A stretch of DNA of 59,956 bases, the filler included. It is 5 parts of 5 records of this genome, joined end to end, with 100 filler letters (N's around TTAATTAATTAA, not from the genome) between each part and the next. Parts side by side here need not be neighbours in the genome. Positions count along the whole stretch, not along the records: positions 23,036 to 43,951 come from DRR723986_10877; 4 more parts are not named here. One strand, given 5' to 3'. The notes under the pieces are model-generated. The model worked only from the letters and a program-made list of their open reading frames with translations, was not told where the DNA came from and did not search any database. A program made the translations under genes and the position numbers. Shown one piece after another: positions 28,501 through 38,154 of this stretch (positions within the stretch are counted from its first letter, which is position 1; each line of letters opens with the position of its first letter).

Positions 28501-30126
28501 TTGAAACCCAGCAACTACCTTCATCAGCTTGTCAAGTCGATGTCATCCGCTGAAAAGCGCTACTTCTCCCTGCGAATGAAGCAGTTTACTGATAAGACTG
28601 CGGGCAACTATCTGATTCTATTCCGCGCTATGGACAAACTGCAGGACTACGATGAATTGCTCCTGCGCAAGAAGCTGGGCGACTCCAAGCTGCTCAAACA
28701 TTTACCGGCGGCAAAACACCAGCTGTACAAAGTCTTGCTCAGAAATATGAGCGAATTTAGAGCCGCCAAATCGCGCCGCATACAGTTGAGTGAAATGATC
28801 CAGGATGTACGCACTCTGCATTTACGTGGCCTGAATGAGCAGGCGCTGCAATTGCTACAGACCGCCAAGCGCTTTGCTGAAGAACATGAAGAATACGTCC
28901 AGATTCTTGAGCTATTGGACCTGGAGCGTACCCTGGTATTTAACTCACCCTCAAAAACGGCAGCACATGATCCCGCCGAACTGGTAGAACAGGAACAGCG
29001 TGTTTATGCCAGTATTGGCGACCTGACGGCCTACAACATTTTGTATAAACGCCTGGTGGCTCTGCGCAAACGCGGCAGCGTCGCAGCTAAGCCGGAAGAC
29101 AAGGCCCAGCTGCAGGAGATTCTGCAGAGCCCGCTGCTGCAATCACCCAAACAATCGCTACCGCTCAGAGCGCAGATGAATTTCCATCGCACAAAAGCGG
29201 GTGCGGCATTGATGACAATGAATACCGACGCCACGATTTTCCATTACCGCATGTTAATGTCACTTTGGGAGAACCTGCCACACATCGACGAATATGACAG
29301 TGCAGACTACCACAATGACATCATCAATTACTTAAACATTGGTGTGCATTATGGCAATCCATTCGAAATTGAAGGATTTATCAGAAAGGCCAAAGAGATT
29401 AAAGTCTCGGCTTCCGCAGACAAGCTGCGATCCTTCCAGAATTTAACAAATATCGAACTGCTCTACTGCCTCAAGACTGCAGACTTTCAGCGCGGCAAAC
29501 AGCTGGGGAATGACGTACTGGAAGGTTTAGAAAAGTTTGACGAGCAGTTATCGATTGCACGTAAGATGACACTATGCCTTAACATGGCGTTTATTCATTT
29601 TTTCAGCGGCGACAGCAGCGGCGCACTGACCTGGACAGAGCGCATTTTAACGATGCGGCCGGTTGATATCCGCAGCGATATTCATGCCAAGGCGCGCATG
29701 TTTCTGCCTGTTATTCAATATGAGCTTGGCAATCTGGATATCCTGGATGGAGTCTTAACATCTACGCGGCGTTATTTCAACAAACACGATCTCGACTGGC
29801 AACACGCAAAGGCCGTAATGCGGACATTGGCGACAGTCATCAACCTGCCTGGCAGCGAACAAAACGCGCACTTTCGGAAACTACAACTGTTGCTGCAAGA
29901 CCTGAGGGCAAACTCAGGGGCAGCTCTCCTGCCGGGAATTTTTGAACTGCAAATTTGGGCTGAAGCACGCGCCGATGGCCAGACTCTGCCGGCACTTTAT
30001 GCATCGATAGTCAAGACGGCAATGCGGGCTGCAAACCTGAATGCTGCAGACGGACTGCGAGACTCTGAGACTGAAGACTCTGAGCCGCGCAGCGGCGGGG
30101 CAAACAAAATCCCTCAAAAGAGCTAG
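28501..30126 (+). CDS. Uncharacterised Bacteroidota helical/TPR-like protein
   Basis: The N-terminus LHQLVKSMSSAEKRYF resembles a family I recall from Bacteroidota genomes. All-helical composition. TTG at 28501 preferred over 28270. Confidence 0.7.
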   Translation: MKPSNYLHQLVKSMSSAEKRYFSLRMKQFTDKTAGNYLILFRAMDKLQDYDELLLRKKLGDSKLLKHLPAAKHQLYKVLLRNMSEFRAAKSRRIQLSEMIQDVRTLHLRGLNEQALQLLQTAKRFAEEHEEYVQILELLDLERTLVFNSPSKTAAHDPAELVEQEQRVYASIGDLTAYNILYKRLVALRKRGSVAAKPEDKAQLQEILQSPLLQSPKQSLPLRAQMNFHRTKAGAALMTMNTDATIFHYRMLMSLWENLPHIDEYDSADYHNDIINYLNIGVHYGNPFEIEGFIRKAKEIKVSASADKLRSFQNLTNIELLYCLKTADFQRGKQLGNDVLEGLEKFDEQLSIARKMTLCLNMAFIHFFSGDSSGALTWTERILTMRPVDIRSDIHAKARMFLPVIQYELGNLDILDGVLTSTRRYFNKHDLDWQHAKAVMRTLATVINLPGSEQNAHFRKLQLLLQDLRANSGAALLPGIFELQIWAEARADGQTLPALYASIVKTAMRAANLNAADGLRDSETEDSEPRSGGANKIPQKS

Positions 30127-30163
30127 CCAAAATGTAGTGTAACGCAATGCATGGCGCAGGCGA
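30051..30163 (+). repeat. Dispersed ~110-bp repeat, copy 1
   Basis: Aligns by eye with 40878..40985; identical 23-mer CCTCAAAAGAGCTAGCCAAAATG at 30112-30134. Confidence 0.85.
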
Positions 30164-30200
30164 CCCGGTCAGCTACATACAATCAGAAACACTAATAAAC

Positions 30201-30242
30201 AACAATGCCGGAAGATGGGCTTATCACCGTTCCGGCATTGTT
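30201..30242. terminator. Hairpin between convergent genes
   Basis: AACAATGCCGGAA...TTCCGGCATTGTT 13-bp inverted repeat. Confidence 0.7.
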
Positions 30243-30276
30243 AATGTTAACTGCTGCGACGTTTGCACAAGCTATA

Positions 30277-31767
30277 TTACTTAGTCAAACTTCCGACAAT
30301 CTCCGGCTTCTTGCGCTTGTCTTCAAACATTTGTGAACTGTATCCGCGACGAATTGCGGCAATCCAGTTTTTGGCACGCGGTGTTAAACGGAAGTCCTTG
30401 GTCATCATACGACCACGCGCCACCAAAATCCCAAGATCGGCACCTTCGTACAGATAGGAACCTTCGGTAGCGATGCGCAGGAAAAATGCTTCGTTATCCT
30501 TGTCAACTGCACGACGGTGAGTATCCATACGGTTAAAGGCGATATGTCCATTATCATACATATGCCAGATACCGGAACGCGGCGCTTCAACTACCTGCTC
30601 AATTGTATCTTCCGTATGTTTAATGACCAATTGACTCCAGCTATCAACATTATCCTGGCTGGACCAGCGCTTGTTAATATCCTTAATATTCAGGTCGTAA
30701 TCAACGTTCATCCACTCAAGCATATGGAAGAGATACAGTGGAGCGTCGGCAAGTGCAAAAACGGCGTGATTCGTAATAGAACTGGCACCGGTTACACGCG
30801 GGTTAAGCTCACCCAGATAGATATTGCCATTATCCTGATCAATCAGGAAGTCGAGTTCAAAGTAGCCTTTATAACCTTCCTTGCGCAGTTGATCGCCAAA
30901 CTTCTGCGTGTATTTGTTGGCGGCTTTGCGGATTTCCGGGTTAAACGCATCCGGGAAAATTTCGTTGCCACACCAACCACCTTTGTAAGGTGTTAATTCT
31001 TTAAATCCGACGAGTTCGGTCATGAGCGGAGCCACAATCGTGCCGTGACGCGTAACGCAGGCTTCAATTGCCGAGCCGCGGCAGTTGATGCGTTGCATGA
31101 CTTTAACTTCGTCTTCACTTTCAATCTCTTCGGCGTATTTATCATACTCGGCTTCGTTGCTAATGAAGAAAGTGGTGTGCCCAGAGTCCCCAAATGGAGT
31201 TTGAATAACCAGGTCATCGCCGAGTTTAGCAGCAACCTGATTGAGGTGTTCGTAACTTTTCACGGGTGTTAACACGTTCGGCACACAGGGCACGCCGGCC
31301 TTTTCGGCAATGCGGTTTGTGTTAACTTTATTATCCATGCTGTTGCGCATAGAAGCACTGGGGAACATAACTTCGAGGCCCAGTTTACGCGCCAGTTTTT
31401 CGGTCTTTTCATCAAACATCAGGAACATGACTTTGCCGGCATTGCGGCCCTTTTTACGGCTCCTGATAAATTCCTGCACTTCGGGGTGTTGCAACAGGTA
31501 GTTGTTGATGTCTTCGATGCTCTCGAAGTCATCGTGTGGTATGTCATTTTTTGGAGAAAAGACGTTGGGATGCAAGCCGTCAAAACACTCGATATGGCAA
31601 ATAAACTGGAATCCGCGAATCCACTCATCCGCACCCAGCAGATTAAAGTTTGTGGCGCTAATGAAGTAGAGCGGCACTTCATTTTTGTAGAAAAAGCGTC
31701 GAATGTCGGCGACGCCCGACAGTTTATCAGCCAGTTTTTTCAATGTTTTCTTTTGGGCGTCAGCCAT
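30277..31767 (-). CDS. Uncharacterised ATP-grasp ligase
   Basis: DNKVNTNRIAEKAGVP, VIQTPFGDSGHTTFF loop, FELDFLID...GELNPR (ExN metal motif). No biotin-carrier or carboxyltransferase gene nearby. Confidence 0.8.
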   Translation of the reverse strand: MADAQKKTLKKLADKLSGVADIRRFFYKNEVPLYFISATNFNLLGADEWIRGFQFICHIECFDGLHPNVFSPKNDIPHDDFESIEDINNYLLQHPEVQEFIRSRKKGRNAGKVMFLMFDEKTEKLARKLGLEVMFPSASMRNSMDNKVNTNRIAEKAGVPCVPNVLTPVKSYEHLNQVAAKLGDDLVIQTPFGDSGHTTFFISNEAEYDKYAEEIESEDEVKVMQRINCRGSAIEACVTRHGTIVAPLMTELVGFKELTPYKGGWCGNEIFPDAFNPEIRKAANKYTQKFGDQLRKEGYKGYFELDFLIDQDNGNIYLGELNPRVTGASSITNHAVFALADAPLYLFHMLEWMNVDYDLNIKDINKRWSSQDNVDSWSQLVIKHTEDTIEQVVEAPRSGIWHMYDNGHIAFNRMDTHRRAVDKDNEAFFLRIATEGSYLYEGADLGILVARGRMMTKDFRLTPRAKNWIAAIRRGYSSQMFEDKRKKPEIVGSLTK

Positions 31768-31857
31768 GCTGTTTAACTCCTGTTGATATTTGCATTACAG
31801 TGAATGTGTTGATTGTAAAAATGTCAATCGTAGAATCAGAAATCCAGAGTCAGTCAA

Positions 31858-34590
31858 TCAGGGCGTTTTGGACGCAGCTTGTTTAAGCATCGCCCCCATT
31901 GCCGTCGCCGTTTTCTGCCTATTAAGGACAGGCTCACGGAACACGCGCAGCCCCAGATCAGCTCGGAATCCGTGTATTTCAGTTACATCCAGTACCATCA
32001 TAAAAACCAGAATTTCGTTGCTTACAACCTGACCAGGCACAAGCACGGGGAAACCGGGCGGATAGGGAATCACAAAGGAGGAAGCAACCAGTTCGCGGCC
32101 GTCCTGCATTAATCCTGCACAGTCTTCGAGCCGCACATATTCGCAATTGTCCTCATTGTACGCCATAAAAAATGCATGGCGCAAGTTGCCGCCGGGAACG
32201 CCTGGAACAGCGCGGAAGGAAGCATGGAAGTGACTGAAGTCCGGCAGCGGCGGCACGTCTTGTGTTAAGGAGCGAATACGCTCTTCAGCTATTTCGCGCT
32301 CGCGGTAATTGAGAGAGTTAAACTCTTCATCCAGCTGGTCGGCGATCTGCAGCAAGGCATTTGTTAAGTAAGCGACGCTGCCGCGTGTAGTGCCTATATT
32401 CGTCATAAACAGCACTGTATTGCGCGAAGTTTTGTTAATCTGAATACCAAACTTGTCCATCAGGTATTTATTCTTGAAGGTATCACCGTCAACCCCTGTG
32501 CGCCCGATAAACAATGTAATCTTGGTTGGATCCAGCACAAATTCGTCTTTAATCCAGGACTCTTCCATGCGTGTCCAGCCATTCTCAGAGTCGTAATATT
32601 CCTTCAGCCCGCTTTCGCGATATTGTTCAGGAATAAAGTCCTGCACCGTTAACACGTCAAAGTACTTGCTGAGGCGCGGGTTATCGCTGATGCGCGCGCG
32701 CAGAATCATGGCGGCTTCAATACTTTTCTCAACCATCTCATATCCTTCAAACTGCACCTGACGGCGACCGACGTCAAGCGAGGCCAACATCTGGTAGTTT
32801 GGTGAGGTTGAGGTGTGTGTCATATACGCTTCCAGGAAGGTGTTTTCCGACTTTTGGCGGAAGTCCTGATCCCAGATGTGAATCATGGAACCCTGGCGGA
32901 AGCTGCTGAGCGTTTTATGTGTGCTCTGCGTCGCGTAGACCCGAATGCGCACTTTGTCCGGATCAGGTAGCTGCGGAGTTTCGTTCTCACCCAGCTGTTT
33001 AACATGTGCCTGATACTCTTCGCGGTATTCTGGGCTGTTGTAACGCGCATGCAGCTTACGTGCGCAGAACATGCCCGTACGCTGCTTGTAGGTGTAGGTG
33101 AATCCGGCAAAGGCAAACCAGGCTTCATCCCAGAGGAAGATGATGTCCGGCTTTATTGCCAGCACACGTTCCATAAAACGCTCGACGTTGTAGACAAATC
33201 CGTCAAATGTACAGTTGGTTAACAACAGCATTTTGACTCTGTCCAGGCGGCCGGCAGATTTGAGTTCTTCGAGTTTTTCAATGATGGTATCGAGAGGTAC
33301 CGCACCGTACATTGAATATTTTTCGATGGGATATGAATCAAGGTAAACGGGAAAAGCACCGGAAAGCACCAGACCGTAGTGATGCGACTTATGACAGTCG
33401 CGGTCGATCAGTACGACGTCACCGGGCTGTACAACTGCCTGTACAACTATCTTGTTGGCCGTAGAAGTACCGTTGGTCACAAAGAATGTCTGGCGTGCGC
33501 CGTACGCATTGGCGGCCATCTGCTGCGCTTTCTTAAGCGGACCGGTCGGCTGCAAAAGGGAATCAAGCCCCCCCGTTGTTGAAGAAGTCTCGGCCAGAAA
33601 GGTATTACGTCCGTAGAAGTCGCCGAAGTCACGGATCCAGCGCGACTTAAACACGGAGTTTCCACGCGAAATTGGCATGGCGTGGAAAATTCCAGTCGGC
33701 TTTTGGCTGTATTCAACAAGCGCACTGAAGAAAGGCGTGTTAAAACGTTCGCGCACGCCGCGAATGATGCTGAGGTGCAACTCTTGCAGGTCTTCGCGCC
33801 TGTAGTAGACGCGGCGGAATAGTTTAAGCGTACTGTCCTTTAAGTCGCTCAGCGCCGTGTCGGTGACGTAAAAGACGTCCAGCTGCGGGCGGAAGCGGGC
33901 TACCAGGCGTCCCAGGAGAGGGCCGAGTTCGGCCTGCGGCAGCGACTCGGCTTCGATATTGAGCAGATTGCGCAGGTAGGGTTGAATAAAATCTGGAATC
34001 GACTGAATGCGGTAGCGCGGCGCGTAGCGCACAACGACTGCCTGAATGTTGTGGTTAAACAACAAAGCAATCAGCGCATCGGTAAAAGAGTGCTGCACGG
34101 TAACTTCGTAGAGAAACTGCTCACCGGGGTCGCGCAAATCATGGAGTTTTTGACGTAACGCGGCTTCGTCCGCAGCACTCAGGTCTTCAACAAACATGAC
34201 TTCAAAACAGTTGTAGCGGCGGCCTTCATGCGTTTCGGTCAGCTCTTCGTTTGCACTCTGCTCATCGTTCTCACTATTGAGCACCTGGGGCGTAGCGCGA
34301 TAACTTTCACTTACCAACTGGCGCAGTGTTGCCGATATCTGACTGGCAAGAATGGCAAATTCTTTGCGCCGCAGCAGGCGTCCAAAGTTTTCAATGCGAT
34401 TGGGGCCGGGGTAGGCAAAGTATTTTTCGACGGCCGCCAGATGCTTGAGATGTGCCGCCAACTCTTTGCGTTTTTGTTTATCGGCAGCGGAGGTGGTTTT
34501 GGACTGAGCCAGCTCCTCACAGCGGACCTTACATTCGGTCCAAAAGTCAAGGCGTAACTGGCTGATACTGTAATAGGGAGCGCTTGTCAT
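31858..34590 (-). CDS. Large PLP-dependent Orn/Lys/Arg-type decarboxylase (fold type I) with N-terminal extension
   Basis: FFVTNGTSTANK, DRDCHKSHHY, WDEAW, PLP lysine TQSTHKTL, HTSTSPNY, C-terminal PYPPGFPVLVPG. Confidence 0.9.
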   Translation of the reverse strand: MTSAPYYSISQLRLDFWTECKVRCEELAQSKTTSAADKQKRKELAAHLKHLAAVEKYFAYPGPNRIENFGRLLRRKEFAILASQISATLRQLVSESYRATPQVLNSENDEQSANEELTETHEGRRYNCFEVMFVEDLSAADEAALRQKLHDLRDPGEQFLYEVTVQHSFTDALIALLFNHNIQAVVVRYAPRYRIQSIPDFIQPYLRNLLNIEAESLPQAELGPLLGRLVARFRPQLDVFYVTDTALSDLKDSTLKLFRRVYYRREDLQELHLSIIRGVRERFNTPFFSALVEYSQKPTGIFHAMPISRGNSVFKSRWIRDFGDFYGRNTFLAETSSTTGGLDSLLQPTGPLKKAQQMAANAYGARQTFFVTNGTSTANKIVVQAVVQPGDVVLIDRDCHKSHHYGLVLSGAFPVYLDSYPIEKYSMYGAVPLDTIIEKLEELKSAGRLDRVKMLLLTNCTFDGFVYNVERFMERVLAIKPDIIFLWDEAWFAFAGFTYTYKQRTGMFCARKLHARYNSPEYREEYQAHVKQLGENETPQLPDPDKVRIRVYATQSTHKTLSSFRQGSMIHIWDQDFRQKSENTFLEAYMTHTSTSPNYQMLASLDVGRRQVQFEGYEMVEKSIEAAMILRARISDNPRLSKYFDVLTVQDFIPEQYRESGLKEYYDSENGWTRMEESWIKDEFVLDPTKITLFIGRTGVDGDTFKNKYLMDKFGIQINKTSRNTVLFMTNIGTTRGSVAYLTNALLQIADQLDEEFNSLNYREREIAEERIRSLTQDVPPLPDFSHFHASFRAVPGVPGGNLRHAFFMAYNEDNCEYVRLEDCAGLMQDGRELVASSFVIPYPPGFPVLVPGQVVSNEILVFMMVLDVTEIHGFRADLGLRVFREPVLNRQKTATAMGAMLKQAASKTP

Positions 34591-34630
34591 TGTTGGGCAT
34601 CCTTCCTGCTAAGTGGTGAAAAAGGGTAGT

Positions 34631-35068
34631 TCACTGATTCGCATGCAGAGCCAGCCGATTTCCTTCAGTATCAATGAAAATTGCAAAGTGGCCACCTTCG
34701 CCATCAATAAGCGTGGGTGCCAGCACTACGCGTCCCCCACCGGCGGCAACCCTTGCGAGCACGGCATTCAGGTCATTGCCTGCATTGAGGTAAAGAAGTG
34801 GGCCGGTTTCACTGGGCTCACAGCCCGGACCGGTGACGACAGCTCCTGAGCGACCACTGCGCGGCGGGAAGAGTGCCATGGCATATTCCTGGTGATCCAC
34901 CGCTTGTAGTTTTATTTCAAAAATGCTCTCGTAAAAAGCAACGGCACGTGGCAGGTTGAGGGCCGGTATTTCAAACCAGGCGACGTATTCAGATTGCTCG
35001 TTTTTGGTGGACCTGCCACCGCTGGATTTTACTGAGCTGCCCATAGAACCTCTTGAGAATGATTGCAC
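34631..35068 (-). CDS. VOC/glyoxalase family protein
   Basis: VAWFEIPA..RAVAFY, GGRVV, FIDTEGNRLALH. Confidence 0.88.
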   Translation of the reverse strand: MQSFSRGSMGSSVKSSGGRSTKNEQSEYVAWFEIPALNLPRAVAFYESIFEIKLQAVDHQEYAMALFPPRSGRSGAVVTGPGCEPSETGPLLYLNAGNDLNAVLARVAAGGGRVVLAPTLIDGEGGHFAIFIDTEGNRLALHANQ

Positions 35069-35156
35069 AAATACGATGAGCGCGCCTGCAAACTCGATGG
35101 CAGCACACAGGCACGCTTAGAATGGCGAGCGGGACTGCTACTGCAGCCCGCAGCGA

Positions 35157-36080
35157 TTACTTGATCATGTTTGGCGGAAACTTGATGTCGGACTCACGTT
35201 TGTGCAGTTCCGCCAACGCCTCGGTACGCGTGGGTTTGATCAAAGGACCGAGCGACTCAAGATAGGAATGATCTGCGTCATTGGCGTAGATTTTGAAGTC
35301 ACCGATATGATCTCGAAAACTTTTAAGCGGCTGCCCCAGGCGCAGGACGCCCAATTCGCGGCTGCGCCTTACACGCGCCACGTCAACTTCGATCGGGAAT
35401 ATCTCTTCGGTCTCTCCAGCGTTGTGCAAAACACGGCCGTCGGGGCCACAGACAATCGAACGGCCGCTACCACCGGAATCCAGCCCGTTGACATCAAAGA
35501 AGAAACACTGGTTTACCGTAGCCATTGCCCGCGCGATTGAGAGCTCAATTTCGCGATCGATTGTGCCGGTCATGGTTGGGTGCAGAATTACTTCGGCTCC
35601 CATGACGGCCAGTGTTCGAATCGTTTCCGGGAACCACATGTCGTAACAGATGCTGACGCCAAACCTACCGACATTCGGCACGTCGAAGACGCAGAATTCA
35701 CTGCCTGGCTCAACACCGACTTCGTAGGGATAGAACGGAAACATTTTACGGTAGCGCGTAACAACTTCACCGTCCGGATTGATCACCGTCGCGGTATTAT
35801 AGATTTTATCTCCGACTTTTTCAAAGATGGAGCCGGGCAAAAGCCAGATTCGGTGCTGTTTAGCCATCGCACACATGGCTTGTTCAAAATCACCCGGAAT
35901 TTCCTGAGCGTAGTATGTAAGGGGGCCATAGGCACACAGCTCGCTAAAGACCACCATGTCCACCCAAGGGTAGAGGTTCATGGTAATCTGCAGTTTCAGG
36001 CGCATCATTTCCACGTTGGAATACGTGGCGGCAGTCTTCATTTGGACTCCGGCAATTGCAAAGGGTTTGCTAGAATTCAT
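35157..36080 (-). CDS. Carbon-nitrogen hydrolase (nitrilase superfamily amidase)
   Basis: Catalytic triad E (VVFSEL), K (YRKMFP), C (ICYDMWFPE). ATGA overlap with the upstream aminotransferase. Confidence 0.9.
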   Translation of the reverse strand: MNSSKPFAIAGVQMKTAATYSNVEMMRLKLQITMNLYPWVDMVVFSELCAYGPLTYYAQEIPGDFEQAMCAMAKQHRIWLLPGSIFEKVGDKIYNTATVINPDGEVVTRYRKMFPFYPYEVGVEPGSEFCVFDVPNVGRFGVSICYDMWFPETIRTLAVMGAEVILHPTMTGTIDREIELSIARAMATVNQCFFFDVNGLDSGGSGRSIVCGPDGRVLHNAGETEEIFPIEVDVARVRRSRELGVLRLGQPLKSFRDHIGDFKIYANDADHSYLESLGPLIKPTRTEALAELHKRESDIKFPPNMIK

Positions 36081-37372
36081 GATGCTTTGGAAACCTCCTC
36101 TTCCAGGATGTCAAGCCCCTGATGCAGCAGTCTATCGTCAATTACCAGGGGTGTCAGTATGCGAATAACGTTTTTGAACGTCCCGGCACTGAGCAGAATT
36201 AATCCGCCTTCCGCGCAGGCACGCACAATCGCAGCGCACATTTCAGTCGCAGGGCGGCGGGGATCGCCGTCCTCCACAAATTCCATACCGATCATGGAGC
36301 CTAAGCCACGCACGTCACCAATCTTGGGGTTGCCGGCCTGCATTTTCTGCAGGCGCTGCATTATTGTGTCTCCAAGCTCACGGCTGCGTTGATTCAGATT
36401 CTGCTTGCGCATCAGCTCTATTGTTGCCAGCGCGGCGGCACAGCAGACGGGGCTGCCGATATAGGTTCCACCGATGGTTCCGGGGGCAGCGGCGTCCATG
36501 ACTTCCGCACGTCCGAGCACAGCTGCAATCGGCAGACCCGAGCCCAAGGATTTTGCATAGGTGCTGATATCCGGCGTTACGCCATATTCCTGCCAGGCGG
36601 CCCAGTTTCCGGTACGGCCAAAACCACTCTGGACTTCGTCCATGATCAGCATAATACCATGCTCGTCACAGAATTTCCGCAGGCCTTCAAGATATGCTTG
36701 AGGTATGGGATAAAAACCACCTTCGCCCTGTACCGGCTCCAAAATCACGGCCGCCAGGTTCTCCGGATCTACGATGTTGTAAGCGCTTTCACGCAGGCGC
36801 TTCAACTCAAAGTCAATATACTCAGCTTCACTACGCTCGCCGCCGTAGCGGTAGTAATTCGGGAACGGCAAGCGGTACACTTCGGGAGCAAAAGGACCGC
36901 AATTGAGCTTGTAGCCCACCTTACTGGTCAGAGTCATGGCCATCATCGTACGGCCGTGATACGCGCCTGTGTAACACAGAACAGCCTGGCGTTTAGTAGC
37001 CTGGCGGGCTATCTTAATTGCATTTTCAACGGCTTCGGCTCCCGTACTGACCAGCATTGCCTTGGTGTGTTCGCCATGCGGCAATATTTCTGCCAGCTGC
37101 TCACATAACTCGACGTAAGGTTCATAGGTGACAACATTAAAACTTGTGTGCAGGTATTTTCCAGCCTGCTCACGAACAGCTTCCACAACTTCCGGCGGGC
37201 AATGCCCGGCATTAACAACACCGATCCCACCAGCAAAATCGATCCACTCGCGACCGTCTTCATCGATGATCGTTGCCCCATGTGCTTCTTTAACCGTAGC
37301 GGTGTTAAACACACCTACGCCATTAGCAACGGCATTGCGCCTGCGATTAAACAACTCTTCTGATCTTGACAT
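36077..37372 (-). CDS. Class III aminotransferase, 4-aminobutyrate/5-aminovalerate type (GabT/PuuE/DavT-like)
   Basis: DFAGGIGVVNAGH, TGAEAVENAIK, YHGRT, EPVQGEGG, DEVQSGFGRTG, AKSLGSG, GGTY. Confidence 0.9.
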   Translation of the reverse strand: MSRSEELFNRRRNAVANGVGVFNTATVKEAHGATIIDEDGREWIDFAGGIGVVNAGHCPPEVVEAVREQAGKYLHTSFNVVTYEPYVELCEQLAEILPHGEHTKAMLVSTGAEAVENAIKIARQATKRQAVLCYTGAYHGRTMMAMTLTSKVGYKLNCGPFAPEVYRLPFPNYYRYGGERSEAEYIDFELKRLRESAYNIVDPENLAAVILEPVQGEGGFYPIPQAYLEGLRKFCDEHGIMLIMDEVQSGFGRTGNWAAWQEYGVTPDISTYAKSLGSGLPIAAVLGRAEVMDAAAPGTIGGTYIGSPVCCAAALATIELMRKQNLNQRSRELGDTIMQRLQKMQAGNPKIGDVRGLGSMIGMEFVEDGDPRRPATEMCAAIVRACAEGGLILLSAGTFKNVIRILTPLVIDDRLLHQGLDILEEEVSKAS

Positions 37373-37874
37373 CCGTTGTTCACTTTCTGATTTCCTCCCG
37401 CAGACAAAATCCGCAAAGAGTCGATTAATTGAAATGTAGAGGCGGGCAGTGCGGGTTAACGGCACCGGATTTGAGACAGTTTTGTGGGCTATTGACGGGC
37501 ATTATACATAACCATGTGTGCAAATTTCCGGGCCGGCCACAAAAGTTAGGTCACGAAACACCCGCTTCTTTATTGCCGCACAGTTTTATCTGAGCAGCTA
37601 ACAACCTGTGTCTTCAGCGCGTTCAGCACAATGCCATTCACCGTCCCCACCAAACGAATAGAAACGAACGCTACAACTGCCAGTCGGATGACTTCACATC
37701 ATCCAACTACACTTTTCAGCGTCAGCCGGTTTTTAACATTTAGTGATATTACAATGGGTCGCGCTCTCAATGTGCAGTGCCTTTTTGTAGCGCAGCCGGC
37801 CGGCCTAACAACAAGCGGAACAAACTAAGAGACGGACCATTCCAAGACTGCAAACACCGTGCAACAATCACCCA

Positions 37875-37930
37875 CAATATCCACCGCATAATATGCATCA
37901 CATAATAAGCACCGCACAATAAGCACCGCA
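37875..37930. repeat. Four imperfect tandem 14-bp repeats in a divergent intergenic region
   Basis: caatatccaccgca / taatatgcatcaca / taataagcaccgca / caataagcaccgca. Confidence 0.7.
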
Positions 37931-38057
37931 TACTCGCCGGCAGCTCCAGTGCATAACATTTGCCAAAGCCGACCAGCGCCAACCTACAAAATGTGTGAGT
38001 GCTTTCCAGGCATACAAATTGTGATCAAATATCTGGCAGGACTTATCAATTATTGTG

Positions 38058-38065
38058 TAATTTTG
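38058..38065 (+). promoter_or_regulatory. Candidate Bacteroidota -7 promoter element upstream of rimK
   Basis: TAATTTTG matches TAnnTTTG about 90 nt before the rimK start. Confidence 0.4.
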
Positions 38066-38154
38066 GCCCGTCGGTGAAAAGAAGCATGTCCGATGCTACG
38101 AACGCCACACAAACTGGATAGAACAAGCTCCCATGTAATTACACGGAACGTACT

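Noticed and set aside
30277-31767. Calling this gene accC (biotin carboxylase)
   Set aside because: Lacks the AccC N-terminal ANRGEIA and HPGYGFLSE motifs, and no BCCP or carboxyltransferase gene is nearby.
37875-37930. Tandem 14-mers as a CRISPR array
   Set aside because: Units are contiguous with no spacers, too short, and there are no cas genes. I saw no CRISPR array anywhere in the window.
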